Made by a program: the position numbers and the translations under genes. From Candidatus Saccharimonadales bacterium (GTDB lineage Bacteria; Patescibacteriota; Saccharimonadia; Saccharimonadales; JACQNP01): a stretch of 64,000 nt of DNA. The stretch lies in contig JBBSJL010000002.1 of assembly GCA_038257245.1 (NCBI GenBank), positions 5,588-69,587 of the forward strand, read 5' to 3'. Positions 10,030 through 19,500 of the stretch are shown here, piece by piece. Positions within the stretch are counted from its first letter, which is position 1, and each line of letters begins with the position of its first letter. The notes beneath the pieces are model-generated. The model was not told the origin of the DNA and did no database searches. It saw nothing but the letters and a program-made list of their open reading frames with translations.

Positions 10030-10666
10030 TGTCTCCCCTCCTAGCTATTAATATGGGATTGATGCCCATTATCTTCTCGACAATGGCTAAACCATTTATC
10101 TTTAATGTATCGCCTTTGCTGACTATGTCAACAGCTGCATCACACCCAACCAGACCTGGCATAATTTCAATACTCCCTGAATAAACATCCCCGTCAGCAG
10201 CATATATATTTACATCATTTGTTGCTGCATAGTTGTTTACGATATTAGGAAAACTCGTAGCCACTCTTATCAGTTTTCCATTGTAACCTGTTGGTCGTTC
10301 TGGAAAGGCACGTGAGCGTACTAGGTCAGCACGCTCCCTTGGTGCAAGCAGTGCTAAATAACACATAGGTTGGCCTATCCTTAGGTATGCTATGTATTTT
10401 CGATACATATTCTCTTTCTCCAGATACTGGTCGATACCAGTCACCCCAACGTCTCCAAAACCATTACCAACAAGTTTAGGTACATCACTAGCACTCACAC
10501 TAAAGAATCTCCTACCTAGCGATATAGCTGAGTATTCTCTTTCCTTAAATTTCGGAACTTCTATTCCTGTAGTTTCTTCGAATGCAACAACTGCAGATCG
10601 ACAGTCTTTACTTTTTGGTAACAATATTCTTTCTGCCGACTGTGCGGCTTCTATCCAATTATTCAC
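10016..10666 (-). CDS. hisG: ATP phosphoribosyltransferase, short form
   Basis: 216 aa with HisG-like blocks (SDVPKLVGNGFGDVGVTGID, RVATSFPN, GSIEIMPGLVGCDAAVDIVSKGDTLKINGL). GTG start follows AAAGGAG. It overlaps hisD by 14 nt. Its length indicates the short form, which lacks the C-terminal regulatory domain. Confidence 0.85.
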   Translation of the reverse strand: MNNWIEAAQSAERILLPKSKDCRSAVVAFEETTGIEVPKFKEREYSAISLGRRFFSVSASDVPKLVGNGFGDVGVTGIDQYLEKENMYRKYIAYLRIGQPMCYLALLAPRERADLVRSRAFPERPTGYNGKLIRVATSFPNIVNNYAATNDVNIYAADGDVYSGSIEIMPGLVGCDAAVDIVSKGDTLKINGLAIVEKIMGINPILIARRGDNENI

Positions 10667-10697
10667 TATATTTCTCCTTTATTTATTATTTAATACT

Positions 10698-10724
10698 AAA
10701 AAACGCCAGAGTGATCTGGCGTTT
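10698..10724 (-). terminator. Rho-independent terminator in the tRNA-Leu / hisG intergenic region
   Basis: Minus strand reads AAACGCCAGA-tcac-TCTGGCGTTT followed by TTT. This is a 10-bp stem with a 4-nt loop and a run of 6 T. It ends about 30 nt before the hisG GTG. Confidence 0.78.
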
Positions 10725-10746
10725 GAATTTTCATAGAAATTAAAAA

Positions 10747-10803
10747 CTAACCGATCAGCTCCGGCGACATATGTACATGATGTAGATTAGTTAGATAAAG
10801 CAT
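10747..10803 (-). other. Candidate leaderless 18-codon leader ORF MLYLTNLHHVHMSPELIG
   Basis: The ATG (10803..10801) lies 7 nt after a consensus -10. Three of codons 8-11 are His (CAT CAT GTA CAT). TAG stop at 10749..10747, 22 nt before the terminator stem. Speculative. Confidence 0.25.
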
Positions 10804-10810
10804 AATCACT

Positions 10811-10839
10811 ATTATATTCTTCTTACGTTTATTTGTCAA
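10811..10839 (-). promoter_or_regulatory. Consensus sigma70 promoter TTGACA-17-TATAAT
   Basis: Minus strand reads TTGACA (10839..10834), a 17-nt spacer, then TATAAT (10816..10811). All 12 hexamer positions match consensus with optimal spacing. It sits immediately downstream of the tRNA-Leu 3' end. Confidence 0.6.
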
Positions 10840-10848
10840 TACACGATC

Positions 10849-10933
10849 TGGTGGGCGAGAAAGGACTTGAACCTTCACGCCTTGCGGCACATGCTCCTAA
10901 GGCATGCGTGTCTACCAATTCCACCACTCGCCC
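10849..10933 (-). tRNA. tRNA-Leu (anticodon UAG), type II long variable arm, CCA encoded
   Basis: Reverse complement is GGGCGAGTGGTGGAATTGGTAGACACGCATGCCTTAGGAGCATGTGCCGCAAGGCGTGAAGGTTCAAGTCCTTTCTCGCCCACCA. Acceptor stem is GGGCGAG/CTCGCCC. Anticodon stem is CATGC/GCATG with loop CTTAGGA. T-arm is AAGG-TTCAAGT-CCTT. Confidence 0.93.
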
Positions 10934-10958
10934 GTAGATGAGTATGACAAGAGAAATT

Positions 10959-11492
10959 TTAACTGATTCGGCGATAAAATGCTAGCTCAGAATCGCCATA
11001 ATTTTTTCGTGATAACTCCAGGAACTGTTCAGCATCAATCGGATACCTATAAGTTGGTGGCAAAGATGCAACAAGTATCCCTTTAACTTTTATATGTCTA
11101 ATTAGTTTGTCCAAAACACCCGGGTGGACATCGTTGTACGGAGGATCGAGAATTACGACATCGAATGTCATGTCTTTATGCCGGTCTGACCATCCCCCGG
11201 CATTGGCCTTAATCACTGTTGCGCAGTTTGTTAGATCGAGCTTTTCGACATTAACTACAATAGTTTGATAAGCTTTGTTATCTGTATCAATTATCGTTGA
11301 GCTGGCACCACGGCTACAGGCCTCAATACCGATAGCGCCGCTACCTCCAAATGCATCTAGTACTTTTAATCCATTTATGTCGCCTAGAGACGAAAATAAC
11401 GCCCCACGTATTTTTTCTGACATGGGATGAGTACGATGCCCATTGGGTGAAGTTAATGTTCGCCCGCCCAATTTTCCTGAGATTACTCTCAC
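10959..11492 (-). CDS. rsmD: 16S rRNA (guanine966-N2)-methyltransferase
   Basis: 177 aa with the RsmD pattern: RVISGKLGGRTL, RPMSEKIRGALFS-like block, LDAFGGSGAIGIEACSRGA, DPPY. Confidence 0.88.
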   Translation of the reverse strand: MRVISGKLGGRTLTSPNGHRTHPMSEKIRGALFSSLGDINGLKVLDAFGGSGAIGIEACSRGASSTIIDTDNKAYQTIVVNVEKLDLTNCATVIKANAGGWSDRHKDMTFDVVILDPPYNDVHPGVLDKLIRHIKVKGILVASLPPTYRYPIDAEQFLELSRKNYGDSELAFYRRIS

Positions 11493-12310
11493 AGTTTTTC
11501 CTGAAGACCAGCTTCAACCATAGCAAGATACCAAGTAAGCGTAACTGTTTGAACAATTATTGGTCCTAGCTTGTGACGTACCTGCCATGTCATTTTTGGT
11601 GTCCAGCCCTTTTTAGCATAATTATTATACATATCCAGTACGGCTATCTCTCGTGCAGCTCTTACAAATAGTTCTGAGACCCCAATTTCCTGGGCATTTA
11701 TAATCATTTTTTTCTTAGGCACGGCTTCATTAAAAGTAAGCGGTTTAATGATGGCTGCTACGCCAAATTCAAAAAATCCATGCGTGCTTAGTAGACCTCT
11801 AGGCCCCCACATTTTCCAATTGTTTTTTATCATGTCCCTTTTGGTATCGCCAGGCATGACAAGTTTTGTTTTCATACTGTCTCTGGTGCTTAGAGGTTCT
11901 CCGCCTCTAATATCAGTCAATTTTTCTTCATATGGGTAATGGTGAGCTGGGGTAAGACCGTCAACAATTGCGTGTGCTAACCATGCTGCCTCGAAACTAC
12001 TCCGTTCATTATTTTTGGCCTTTAAATGGGCAATAAGATGTTCGTAGTGCTGGTCTATTAACATGACTATTTCTAAGTCGTCGTCGTCAAACGGGTTGAA
12101 ATAATGCCAAGGTTCATCTTTGGCAGGACTCTTTCTTTTAATACCGTCTGGGCCATTTTTACCTTCAAAAACTAATATTGATCGGATCTTCGGGAAACTA
12201 TCTTTACTGCTGGTAATTTTAGATAAATGTCGCCTAGAAACACTGTCTAGTTTTTGATGAGCACCAACAATACGCCCAGAATATTTAGTTAATGTTGTTC
12301 CTGAATACAC
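11489..12310 (-). CDS. Zinc-dependent phospholipase C / S1-P1 nuclease superfamily-like protein
   Basis: 273 aa. It contains H-x3-D-x5-H (HAIVDGLTPAH), which matches the zinc-ligand motif of Bacillus cereus PLC (HYLGDVNQPMH). An upstream WHYFNPFD resembles PLC SHFYDPD. It overlaps rsmD by 4 nt. Confidence 0.5.
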   Translation of the reverse strand: MYSGTTLTKYSGRIVGAHQKLDSVSRRHLSKITSSKDSFPKIRSILVFEGKNGPDGIKRKSPAKDEPWHYFNPFDDDDLEIVMLIDQHYEHLIAHLKAKNNERSSFEAAWLAHAIVDGLTPAHHYPYEEKLTDIRGGEPLSTRDSMKTKLVMPGDTKRDMIKNNWKMWGPRGLLSTHGFFEFGVAAIIKPLTFNEAVPKKKMIINAQEIGVSELFVRAAREIAVLDMYNNYAKKGWTPKMTWQVRHKLGPIIVQTVTLTWYLAMVEAGLQEKL

Positions 12311-12330
12311 TTTTTGGTTAATTCCCCTGG

Positions 12331-14367
12331 TTAATTTAGATTTGTTACTTTTCTGAGATTACTGACATTACGTTGCAGCTCTGGGTATTTTACCAACTTT
12401 TCCTTCTTTTCAATAAATTGTTGGGCTGCGTTCTTGGCAGCTTCAATCATTTTAACATCCGAAAGATTGGCTATTCTTAGATCTATGACGCCATGTTGAG
12501 CCGTACCGTAAATTGCTCCAGGACCACGAATTTCTAAGTCGAGTTCGGCTAAATCAAAACCACTATGATTTTCCACTAGAGCACGTAGCCGCCTTGAAGG
12601 TTGATTACTGTCACTTAACACTAGATAACAATAACCCTTATGGGCGCCTCTACCAACTCTCCCACGCAGTTGGTGTATCTGAGCCAAACCGAATCTTTCT
12701 GGGCTGAGTACTACTATTACTGTTGCGTTGGGTATATCTATACCGACCTCTATGACCGTAGTCGTAATAAGAACTTGCGTTTTTCCTTTGGAAAAGTCAT
12801 TCATTACCTTTTCTTTTTGATCAGATTTGAGTTTTCCGTGGAGTAAACCAACTTTGTATTTTACAAGTTTACCTACTCTTAGTGTTTCGTACGTGGCGAT
12901 GACGGAATCGTAGGATTCAGAATTATTCTCATCTATCATTGGGCAAACAATAAAGACTTGTCTGCCTTCCTCAATTTGCTTAGATAACGAATCATACATT
13001 TTATCCGTAGAATTTGGAGAAACAAGTTCCGTTTTTACTACTTGCTTACCTCGGGGTAGATCAGACATGACACTTATATCCATCTCGCCGTAAATTACTA
13101 ATGCAAGGCTTCTAGGAATAGGCGTCGCCGTCATTGATAATACATGTGGCATCGTACCCGCCTTTGATACTATTTTTTTTCTTTGATCAACACCGAACCT
13201 ATGCTGTTCATCAATTACTACAAGTGCAAGATTGTTCATACTTACGCTCTCCTGAATTAGGGCGCTTGTTCCAATAATTAGACCAGTTCTACCGTCTGAC
13301 AACGTGCTTAGTGCATTTTGTTTTTGTTGTTGGGTCATACTCCCCAGTAGTAAACCAACTTTGTCACTCATGTTCATCGGGCTCAATAATGTTGTCATTG
13401 TCTCTGCATGCTGCCGAGCTAGTATTTCAGTCGGTGCCATAATTGCAACTTGAAATCCGACGTTCATCACCATTAGCGCAGCCATGCATGCTACTACAGT
13501 TTTCCCTGAGCCAACATCTCCTTCAACTAGCCTGTTCATTGGCTGAGTGTTCTGAAGGTCATTGTAAATTTGCCAAACAACCTTGCGTTGTGAATTGGTA
13601 AGTTTAAATGGTAGTGAAGCAACGAAATTTTGGGCCTTAACTTCGTCAAACTCTATAGAAACCGAATTATGACTGGCATTCTCATATTTGTTGAGGAGCG
13701 AAGCAAGCGATATCTGGAATACTTCTTCAAATCCTAACCTGGATTTGGCTAGTTCAATGTCGTCGTTTTCATCCGGAAAATGTAATTTTTCTAAAGCACG
13801 AGAATGTGAGACAAGGTTCTGTTCTTTGACTACCCATTCAGGTAACGTTTCGTCAAGTTTTGCGATATTAGGCAACAAGTTTGCGATAATTTTTCTTAGT
13901 TGAGTTGATTTTAGACCTTTAGTTGCTCTATAGGTAGGTACTATCCTAGCACTATGAATAGGAAAATCACTTACTAGCTCTACTGATGGGTTGGTAATGC
14001 TCAAACGTTGGCTTCTGAGCTGAAACTCACCTCTTACAAAATATTCCTTTTTATTATCTATACTATCTGCCCTATAAGGCTGGTTGAACCAAATCAATCT
14101 GACACTACCTGTTTCATCACTAGCAACAGCCTCTGTTATATTCAACCCTCGCCGTGCATATCTGCTTTTGGCGTGTTTAATTACGACCTTAACTGTAACC
14201 ATGCCGGGGTGAAGTTGAGATATTCTCGTGACATTTGTAAAGTCATCGTACTTCCGGGGATAATGGTCGATTAAGTCTCCTACTGTTCTGATGCCCAGCT
14301 TTGCAAGTTTGCTTGCTACAACATCACCAACACCGTTAATAACAGTTACCTGATCGTCTAGATTCAT
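12331..14367 (-). CDS. recG: ATP-dependent DNA helicase RecG
   Basis: 678 aa with an N-terminal wedge/OB region and SF2 helicase motifs (GDVGSGKT, DEQHRFG, TATPIPR, QLRGRVGRG). Confidence 0.95.
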   Translation of the reverse strand: MNLDDQVTVINGVGDVVASKLAKLGIRTVGDLIDHYPRKYDDFTNVTRISQLHPGMVTVKVVIKHAKSRYARRGLNITEAVASDETGSVRLIWFNQPYRADSIDNKKEYFVRGEFQLRSQRLSITNPSVELVSDFPIHSARIVPTYRATKGLKSTQLRKIIANLLPNIAKLDETLPEWVVKEQNLVSHSRALEKLHFPDENDDIELAKSRLGFEEVFQISLASLLNKYENASHNSVSIEFDEVKAQNFVASLPFKLTNSQRKVVWQIYNDLQNTQPMNRLVEGDVGSGKTVVACMAALMVMNVGFQVAIMAPTEILARQHAETMTTLLSPMNMSDKVGLLLGSMTQQQKQNALSTLSDGRTGLIIGTSALIQESVSMNNLALVVIDEQHRFGVDQRKKIVSKAGTMPHVLSMTATPIPRSLALVIYGEMDISVMSDLPRGKQVVKTELVSPNSTDKMYDSLSKQIEEGRQVFIVCPMIDENNSESYDSVIATYETLRVGKLVKYKVGLLHGKLKSDQKEKVMNDFSKGKTQVLITTTVIEVGIDIPNATVIVVLSPERFGLAQIHQLRGRVGRGAHKGYCYLVLSDSNQPSRRLRALVENHSGFDLAELDLEIRGPGAIYGTAQHGVIDLRIANLSDVKMIEAAKNAAQQFIEKKEKLVKYPELQRNVSNLRKVTNLN

Positions 14368-14385
14368 ACTGATTACTATTATAGT

Positions 14386-15153
14386 CTACGCTGCTTTTTT
14401 GATAAGAAAGAATACACTGGGGCCAAAATATGTTTTGGCCAATGGTGCTTGCAGAAGTCTTTCGACGCTAAGCATTACCGACTCTGGCATAACCTTCTTG
14501 AGACCTGGGCTTCTTAAGTTAGACACTGATAAAACTTTATCAACCTTGAGACCAGCGTGAGATAACTGTTTTATAACGGTTTTGGGATTATGGTTAACGA
14601 ACGGTATCTCTTTATTTCGTTTGTTTTTCTCAGATCTAATATCAATTGGTTCTTCAGGAAGTCTTTTACCTTTTACAAAATGTTTCAGTCGGTTTCTGGC
14701 GTGAGCATAATTGGCAACCTCTAAGATTAGTAAGCCATCGTCAGATAACACGCGTGCTAGTTCTTTGAACTCACTAGATGGGTCGGGTAAATGATGCATG
14801 ACTCTTATCATGGTAATCAAGTCTAGCTCACCGTTGTCAAAATCTAATGCGTCAGCTTGTGTCAGCTTCTGATCGACGTCTGGATAGTCTTTTAAGAAAT
14901 CTTTTGCAATATCAAGTTGTTGTTTAGAGGGTTCTGCTAGGGTAACTTGGTCTGCATACTCTTTTAACAATACGCATAACCGTCCGTATCCCCCGCCAAT
15001 GTCTGCTGCATGTTCAAAGTGCTTACCTTTTAACAAACGAGCTATAGCAATTTCTTCTGAGGCATGTTCATACTCACGACCATCCCAATATTTGAGATAA
15101 TTATGCTTAGGATCGTTGTATTGGTCGGCTTTCTTTGTTGAATTTTTCGTCAT
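14386..15153 (-). CDS. Class I SAM-dependent methyltransferase
   Basis: 255 aa with motif I (DIGGGYGRL) and a post-I acidic residue, in a methyltransferase type 11-like layout. Confidence 0.78.
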   Translation of the reverse strand: MTKNSTKKADQYNDPKHNYLKYWDGREYEHASEEIAIARLLKGKHFEHAADIGGGYGRLCVLLKEYADQVTLAEPSKQQLDIAKDFLKDYPDVDQKLTQADALDFDNGELDLITMIRVMHHLPDPSSEFKELARVLSDDGLLILEVANYAHARNRLKHFVKGKRLPEEPIDIRSEKNKRNKEIPFVNHNPKTVIKQLSHAGLKVDKVLSVSNLRSPGLKKVMPESVMLSVERLLQAPLAKTYFGPSVFFLIKKAA

Positions 15154-15176
15154 AACCGATGCAGTATAGCAGTATG

Positions 15177-16412
15177 CTATTTCTTAACCAAGGCAAAACT
15201 ATTCTTGCCTCGTTTAATCAAATTATAGCCGTCACGAAACTCTGGTATCTGTCCATCTTCAATCTTCTGGCCATTGACACTCAACGCGCCACTGTTAACA
15301 AAATTACGAGCTTCTGAATTACTACTAGCAAGTTCAGCTGATACAAAAATTGGATAAATATCAGGTTGAAAATCTACTACTTTGAGTTCTGAACTCAGAA
15401 TAGCCATATCTTTATCATCAAGTTCTAAGAAATCCCCCCCGCTAAACAGTACTTGGCTAACTTTCTCGGCAGATTTAGCACGCTCAGCTCCGTGCACAAT
15501 AGTTGTGACCTCACGAGCTAAAGCTTTCTGCGCAAGTCGACTTGATTTATCACTATTGAATTCACTAATAATTTTTTCTACTTCGATTTTTTCCAGCGAA
15601 GTGTACGTCTTGATATACTCCTCACAACCATGGTCATCCAAATTTAACCAAAACTGATAGAATTCAAACACGCTGGTTAACTTATCGTCCAGCCAAATTG
15701 CACCACCCTCTGACTTGCCAAACTTAACACCTGTCGATTTATTAATAACTAGTGGTGTGGTCCAAACATGCGCTTCTTTGCCAGTCTTACGTCGTATCAA
15801 ATCAACGCCTGTAATACTATTTCCCCACTGGTCAGCACCACTTAGTTGTAAGGTAACGTCATAATTATTGAACAAATGCAGAAAATCATAACCCTGAATC
15901 AGAGAGTAACTGAACTCAGCATAGCTTATACCGGCACCTTCTTCGCCTAATCTTGACTGAACAAAATCTCTAGCCAACATTTGTCGCATTGGAACATGCT
16001 TGCCAACATCTCTAAGAAATTCTAGGTAGCCAATTTCTTTAAACCAGTCGAAATTATCTACAACTTCGAAATCTACACCAGCAAATATTTGCTTGTACTG
16101 AGCGACTATAGCTTTTTTGTTGTATTCGACTTCTGTCTCTGTCTTCAAGTCTCTTTCCTGGGCCTTGCCATCAGGATCACCAATCAAGCCTGTAGCACCG
16201 CCTACAAGTAAAACCGGTGTGTAGCCATGATGAATGAAAACTTTAGCCATCATAGCAGCTGCGAGATTTCCTATAGTCATCGAAGGAGCACTTGGGTCTA
16301 CACCCCAGTAGAATTTCATCTTATTGCCATCTAGATCTTTAATATCTTTTAGCGTAGTTTGGCTAACAAAGCCACGCCAAGATAAGTCTTCTGATAATGT
16401 CATTTTGCTCAT
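15177..16412 (-). CDS. tyrS: Tyrosine--tRNA ligase
   Basis: ORF 15177..16460. Class I synthetase with a KFGKS (KMSKS-type) loop and a C-terminal S4-like domain. The likely real start is ATG 16412 (MSKMTLSED) or 16403. The upstream 16 codons look like read-in. Confidence 0.92.
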   Translation of the reverse strand: MSKMTLSEDLSWRGFVSQTTLKDIKDLDGNKMKFYWGVDPSAPSMTIGNLAAAMMAKVFIHHGYTPVLLVGGATGLIGDPDGKAQERDLKTETEVEYNKKAIVAQYKQIFAGVDFEVVDNFDWFKEIGYLEFLRDVGKHVPMRQMLARDFVQSRLGEEGAGISYAEFSYSLIQGYDFLHLFNNYDVTLQLSGADQWGNSITGVDLIRRKTGKEAHVWTTPLVINKSTGVKFGKSEGGAIWLDDKLTSVFEFYQFWLNLDDHGCEEYIKTYTSLEKIEVEKIISEFNSDKSSRLAQKALAREVTTIVHGAERAKSAEKVSQVLFSGGDFLELDDKDMAILSSELKVVDFQPDIYPIFVSAELASSNSEARNFVNSGALSVNGQKIEDGQIPEFRDGYNLIKRGKNSFALVKK

Positions 16413-16533
16413 ATGCTTAACAGTATATAACACTTGATATATTGTGATCACATTTTTCATTGCTTAAGCGGGTTATTTGCTATAATATTAACCAGCACCT
16501 CGTATATATGAATTTGGGAGATAATTTAGTTTT

Positions 16534-19500
16534 ATGGGAAAAAAGCCAAAAGGTCGTAAAACGACCAATAAATCTAGGCAATTAGGGCGTAAAAAGAAGA
16601 ATACCTTTACTACTAAAAGTGGTCAGACTATAAAGTTAAATCGTTCTATTAGTGACAAGCTAAAGGCCAGAAAAGATTCAAGAGCAGTTAAAAAAGCTAA
16701 GAGATTGTCTGGTATGCCTAAGTCTAGAGTAAAACGCTTCTTTTTTCGTTTACAGCCAAAACGTCTAGCCAAATATTGGTTTAGTCGTGAAGGTGCCATT
16801 ATGGCTCTGAAAATTCTTGGTATAAGTATTATAGTTGGTTTTTTGCTACTTGTTGGATTATTCGCCTACTACCGTAAAGACCTACCGAACTTAAAAGATA
16901 TATCTGGAAACAATCTCGGGGGAAGTAATCGATATTATGACCGATCAGGTGAAGTTCTTCTCTGGGAAGACTTCGACGCCGTCAAGAGAATCCCAGTAAA
17001 AGATGATGCCATTTCGCAATATATTAAAGATGCTACCGTAGCTGTTGAAGATAAAGACTTCTTTAAACACGGTGGGTTCGACGTGCGGGGTATTACTAGG
17101 GCAGCCATAAAGAATGTCACAGGTTCTGGTGATAGTCGCCAAGGTGGCTCGACAATAACCCAACAATTAGTAAGGTTGACTCAGAAGGGTGTCGGTAGCG
17201 AACAGACGTATCAGAGAAAACTCAAAGAAATTATCTTATCTATCGAGTTAGAGCGAAGTTATAATAAAGGCGAGATACTGAGTGGATACCTGAACACAGC
17301 GCCCTACGGTAATGTTCAGTATGGTGTGGAGTCTTCTACACGAGATTACTTCCAAAAGTCTGCCAAGGATTTAACCCTTGATGAGGCAGCCTTCTTGGCA
17401 GCAATACCTAAATCACCTTCGATACTCTCTCCATACGGACCCAGATACAATCCTGAGGCACTTGTTGGGAGACAGCATTATATTCTTGATTTAATGCAGG
17501 AGCAAGGCATGATAACAGAAGAGCAGCGTGATGGAGCGAAGAAAGTTGATACACTTGTAAAAGTTAAAGAAGTTAAGCCAAAATATCAGGGTATAAAAGC
17601 CCCTTACTTTGTACTATTAGCAAAACAGCAATTAGAAGAAAAATATTCGACAGAGACCGTTCTTCGGGGTGGCTGGAAGATCACCACGACTCTAGATCTT
17701 AAGTTGCAAGAACTGGCTGAACGCAAAGTCAGTGAAGGCTATGGTAATGTAACACGCGCTGGATTTGATAATGTCGGCTTTGTTGCTGAAGATGTTACAA
17801 ATGGTCAAATGGTTGCCGTGGTAGGAGGTATAGATTTCTTCAATAAAGAATTTGGTGAGAATAACTACGCTCACTGGAGACTGCCTCCGGGTTCAAGTTT
17901 TAAACCTTACGACTATTTATCTGTTTTGGAAAACACTGATAACTTTGGCGCCGGGTCTGTTCTGTATGATACACAGGGCCAACTAGAAGGATATCCTTGC
18001 ACTAACAAAGCACAGCCTAAACAAGGAGGAAACTGCCTCTGGGACTATGACTTTAGGTTTCCTGGCCCACTTACGTTGCGCTATGCACTTGGTGGCTCGA
18101 GAAATGTCCCTGCAGTTAAATCTATGTTGATAGCAGGAATCGATAAAACTATTGAAACCGCCGAAAAACTTGGATTACCTAGTGGGTATAGTTGCTATGC
18201 TCCTGACGTAGAAGATGTACAATTTGCTAAAGAAAGTGAAGAAGCTCAGTGTTATTCTAGCTCAGCTATTGGTGATGGAGCCTATCTAATGCTCGATGAA
18301 CACGTACATGCTTATTCAACTATCTCTAGGAATGGCAATAAGTTGCCCCAGACCTATATTCTAAAAATCGAGGATGGCGGCAATAAAATAGTCGACGAGT
18401 GGAAGCCAGACAAAGGTGAACAGGTTGTACGACCTGATTCAGCATATATTGTTGCTGACATGATGGCTGATCCAAATGCCAGTTACTTTACTAACAAACC
18501 ACACCGTAATAATGGTTGGGAATATAGTCTAAAAACCGGTACTACTAATGACTCAAAAGATGGTTGGTTAATGGGATTCTCTACTAAGTACTCGGCTGGA
18601 GTTTGGGTAGGGCACCACACTAGACGCGTTGCGACCAGATCATTCATGGAAACAATGACACAGCCAATATGGCAAGGCTGGATGAATGAGGCGCACGACG
18701 GTATAGAGCCCGTCAAACGGGAAAGACCAAGCGGTGTTCAGGAATTACCTGCCTATGTTGTCAGACAACATGTCGGGCTTGGATCAAGAGAGCCTAGCCC
18801 TGCTACCGACCTGTACCCGTCGTGGTATCAACAAAATAAAAAGAAAGCCGGCGAGAAGAAAACAATAGACATAATCTCTAACAAGTTAGCTACAGATTGT
18901 ACTCCATCAAGAGCACGTAAAGAAACTATAGAAAATGCAAGTAGCTTCTCAAGTGATCCTTATGTGAACGGGGGTAGTGGTGCGAATGCCAATACTTCCG
19001 AAAAAGATGATATTCATAAATGTGATGATGCCAAACCCGCAATTACAATAACAAGTACATCGTCACCGTGTACTACATCGTGTACGATATACGCTATAGT
19101 TGCTCAAGGTACGCACTCGCTCACTGGTGGTGGCGAACATGGGGGTGGTGTCATTAATGTAGTTATAGATGGACAGGTCGTTCAGTCATTCCCTGCTAAT
19201 CAAACTACGCTAACATTTAGCTTTAATGGTACGGGAAAGAAGAGTGTTAAGGTTGAACTGGTTGATAGTGTACTTTACGAATCTAGTGATACCACGACCA
19301 TTAATTTCTCTAAAGCGGTGACCCCACCTCCGTCGAGCTCACCACCTACCCTAGATAACTCAGGAGGAGCAATTACTAGTCCACACCCTGTTTTAATTAC
19401 TTGGTCAGACGGGACTGGGCCGTTCACAGTAACTGTTGATGGCTCTGCATATCCAGGTTGTGATGGTATTTCAGTCCGTGAATGTAATATCATACTTAAT

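Noticed and set aside
10698-10724. The hairpin at 10698..10724 read as a plus-strand terminator. It has an A-tract on one side and T residues on the other, so it looks bidirectional.
   Set aside because: No plus-strand gene lies upstream of it. The long T-run is on the minus strand only.
14386-15153. A possible restriction-modification pairing between the SAM methyltransferase (14386..15153) and the PD-(D/E)xK-like protein (29960..31093).
   Set aside because: The two genes are 15 kb apart. The methyltransferase has no DNA MTase motifs (DPPY or NPPY, TRD); it is a generic small-molecule or RNA class I type.
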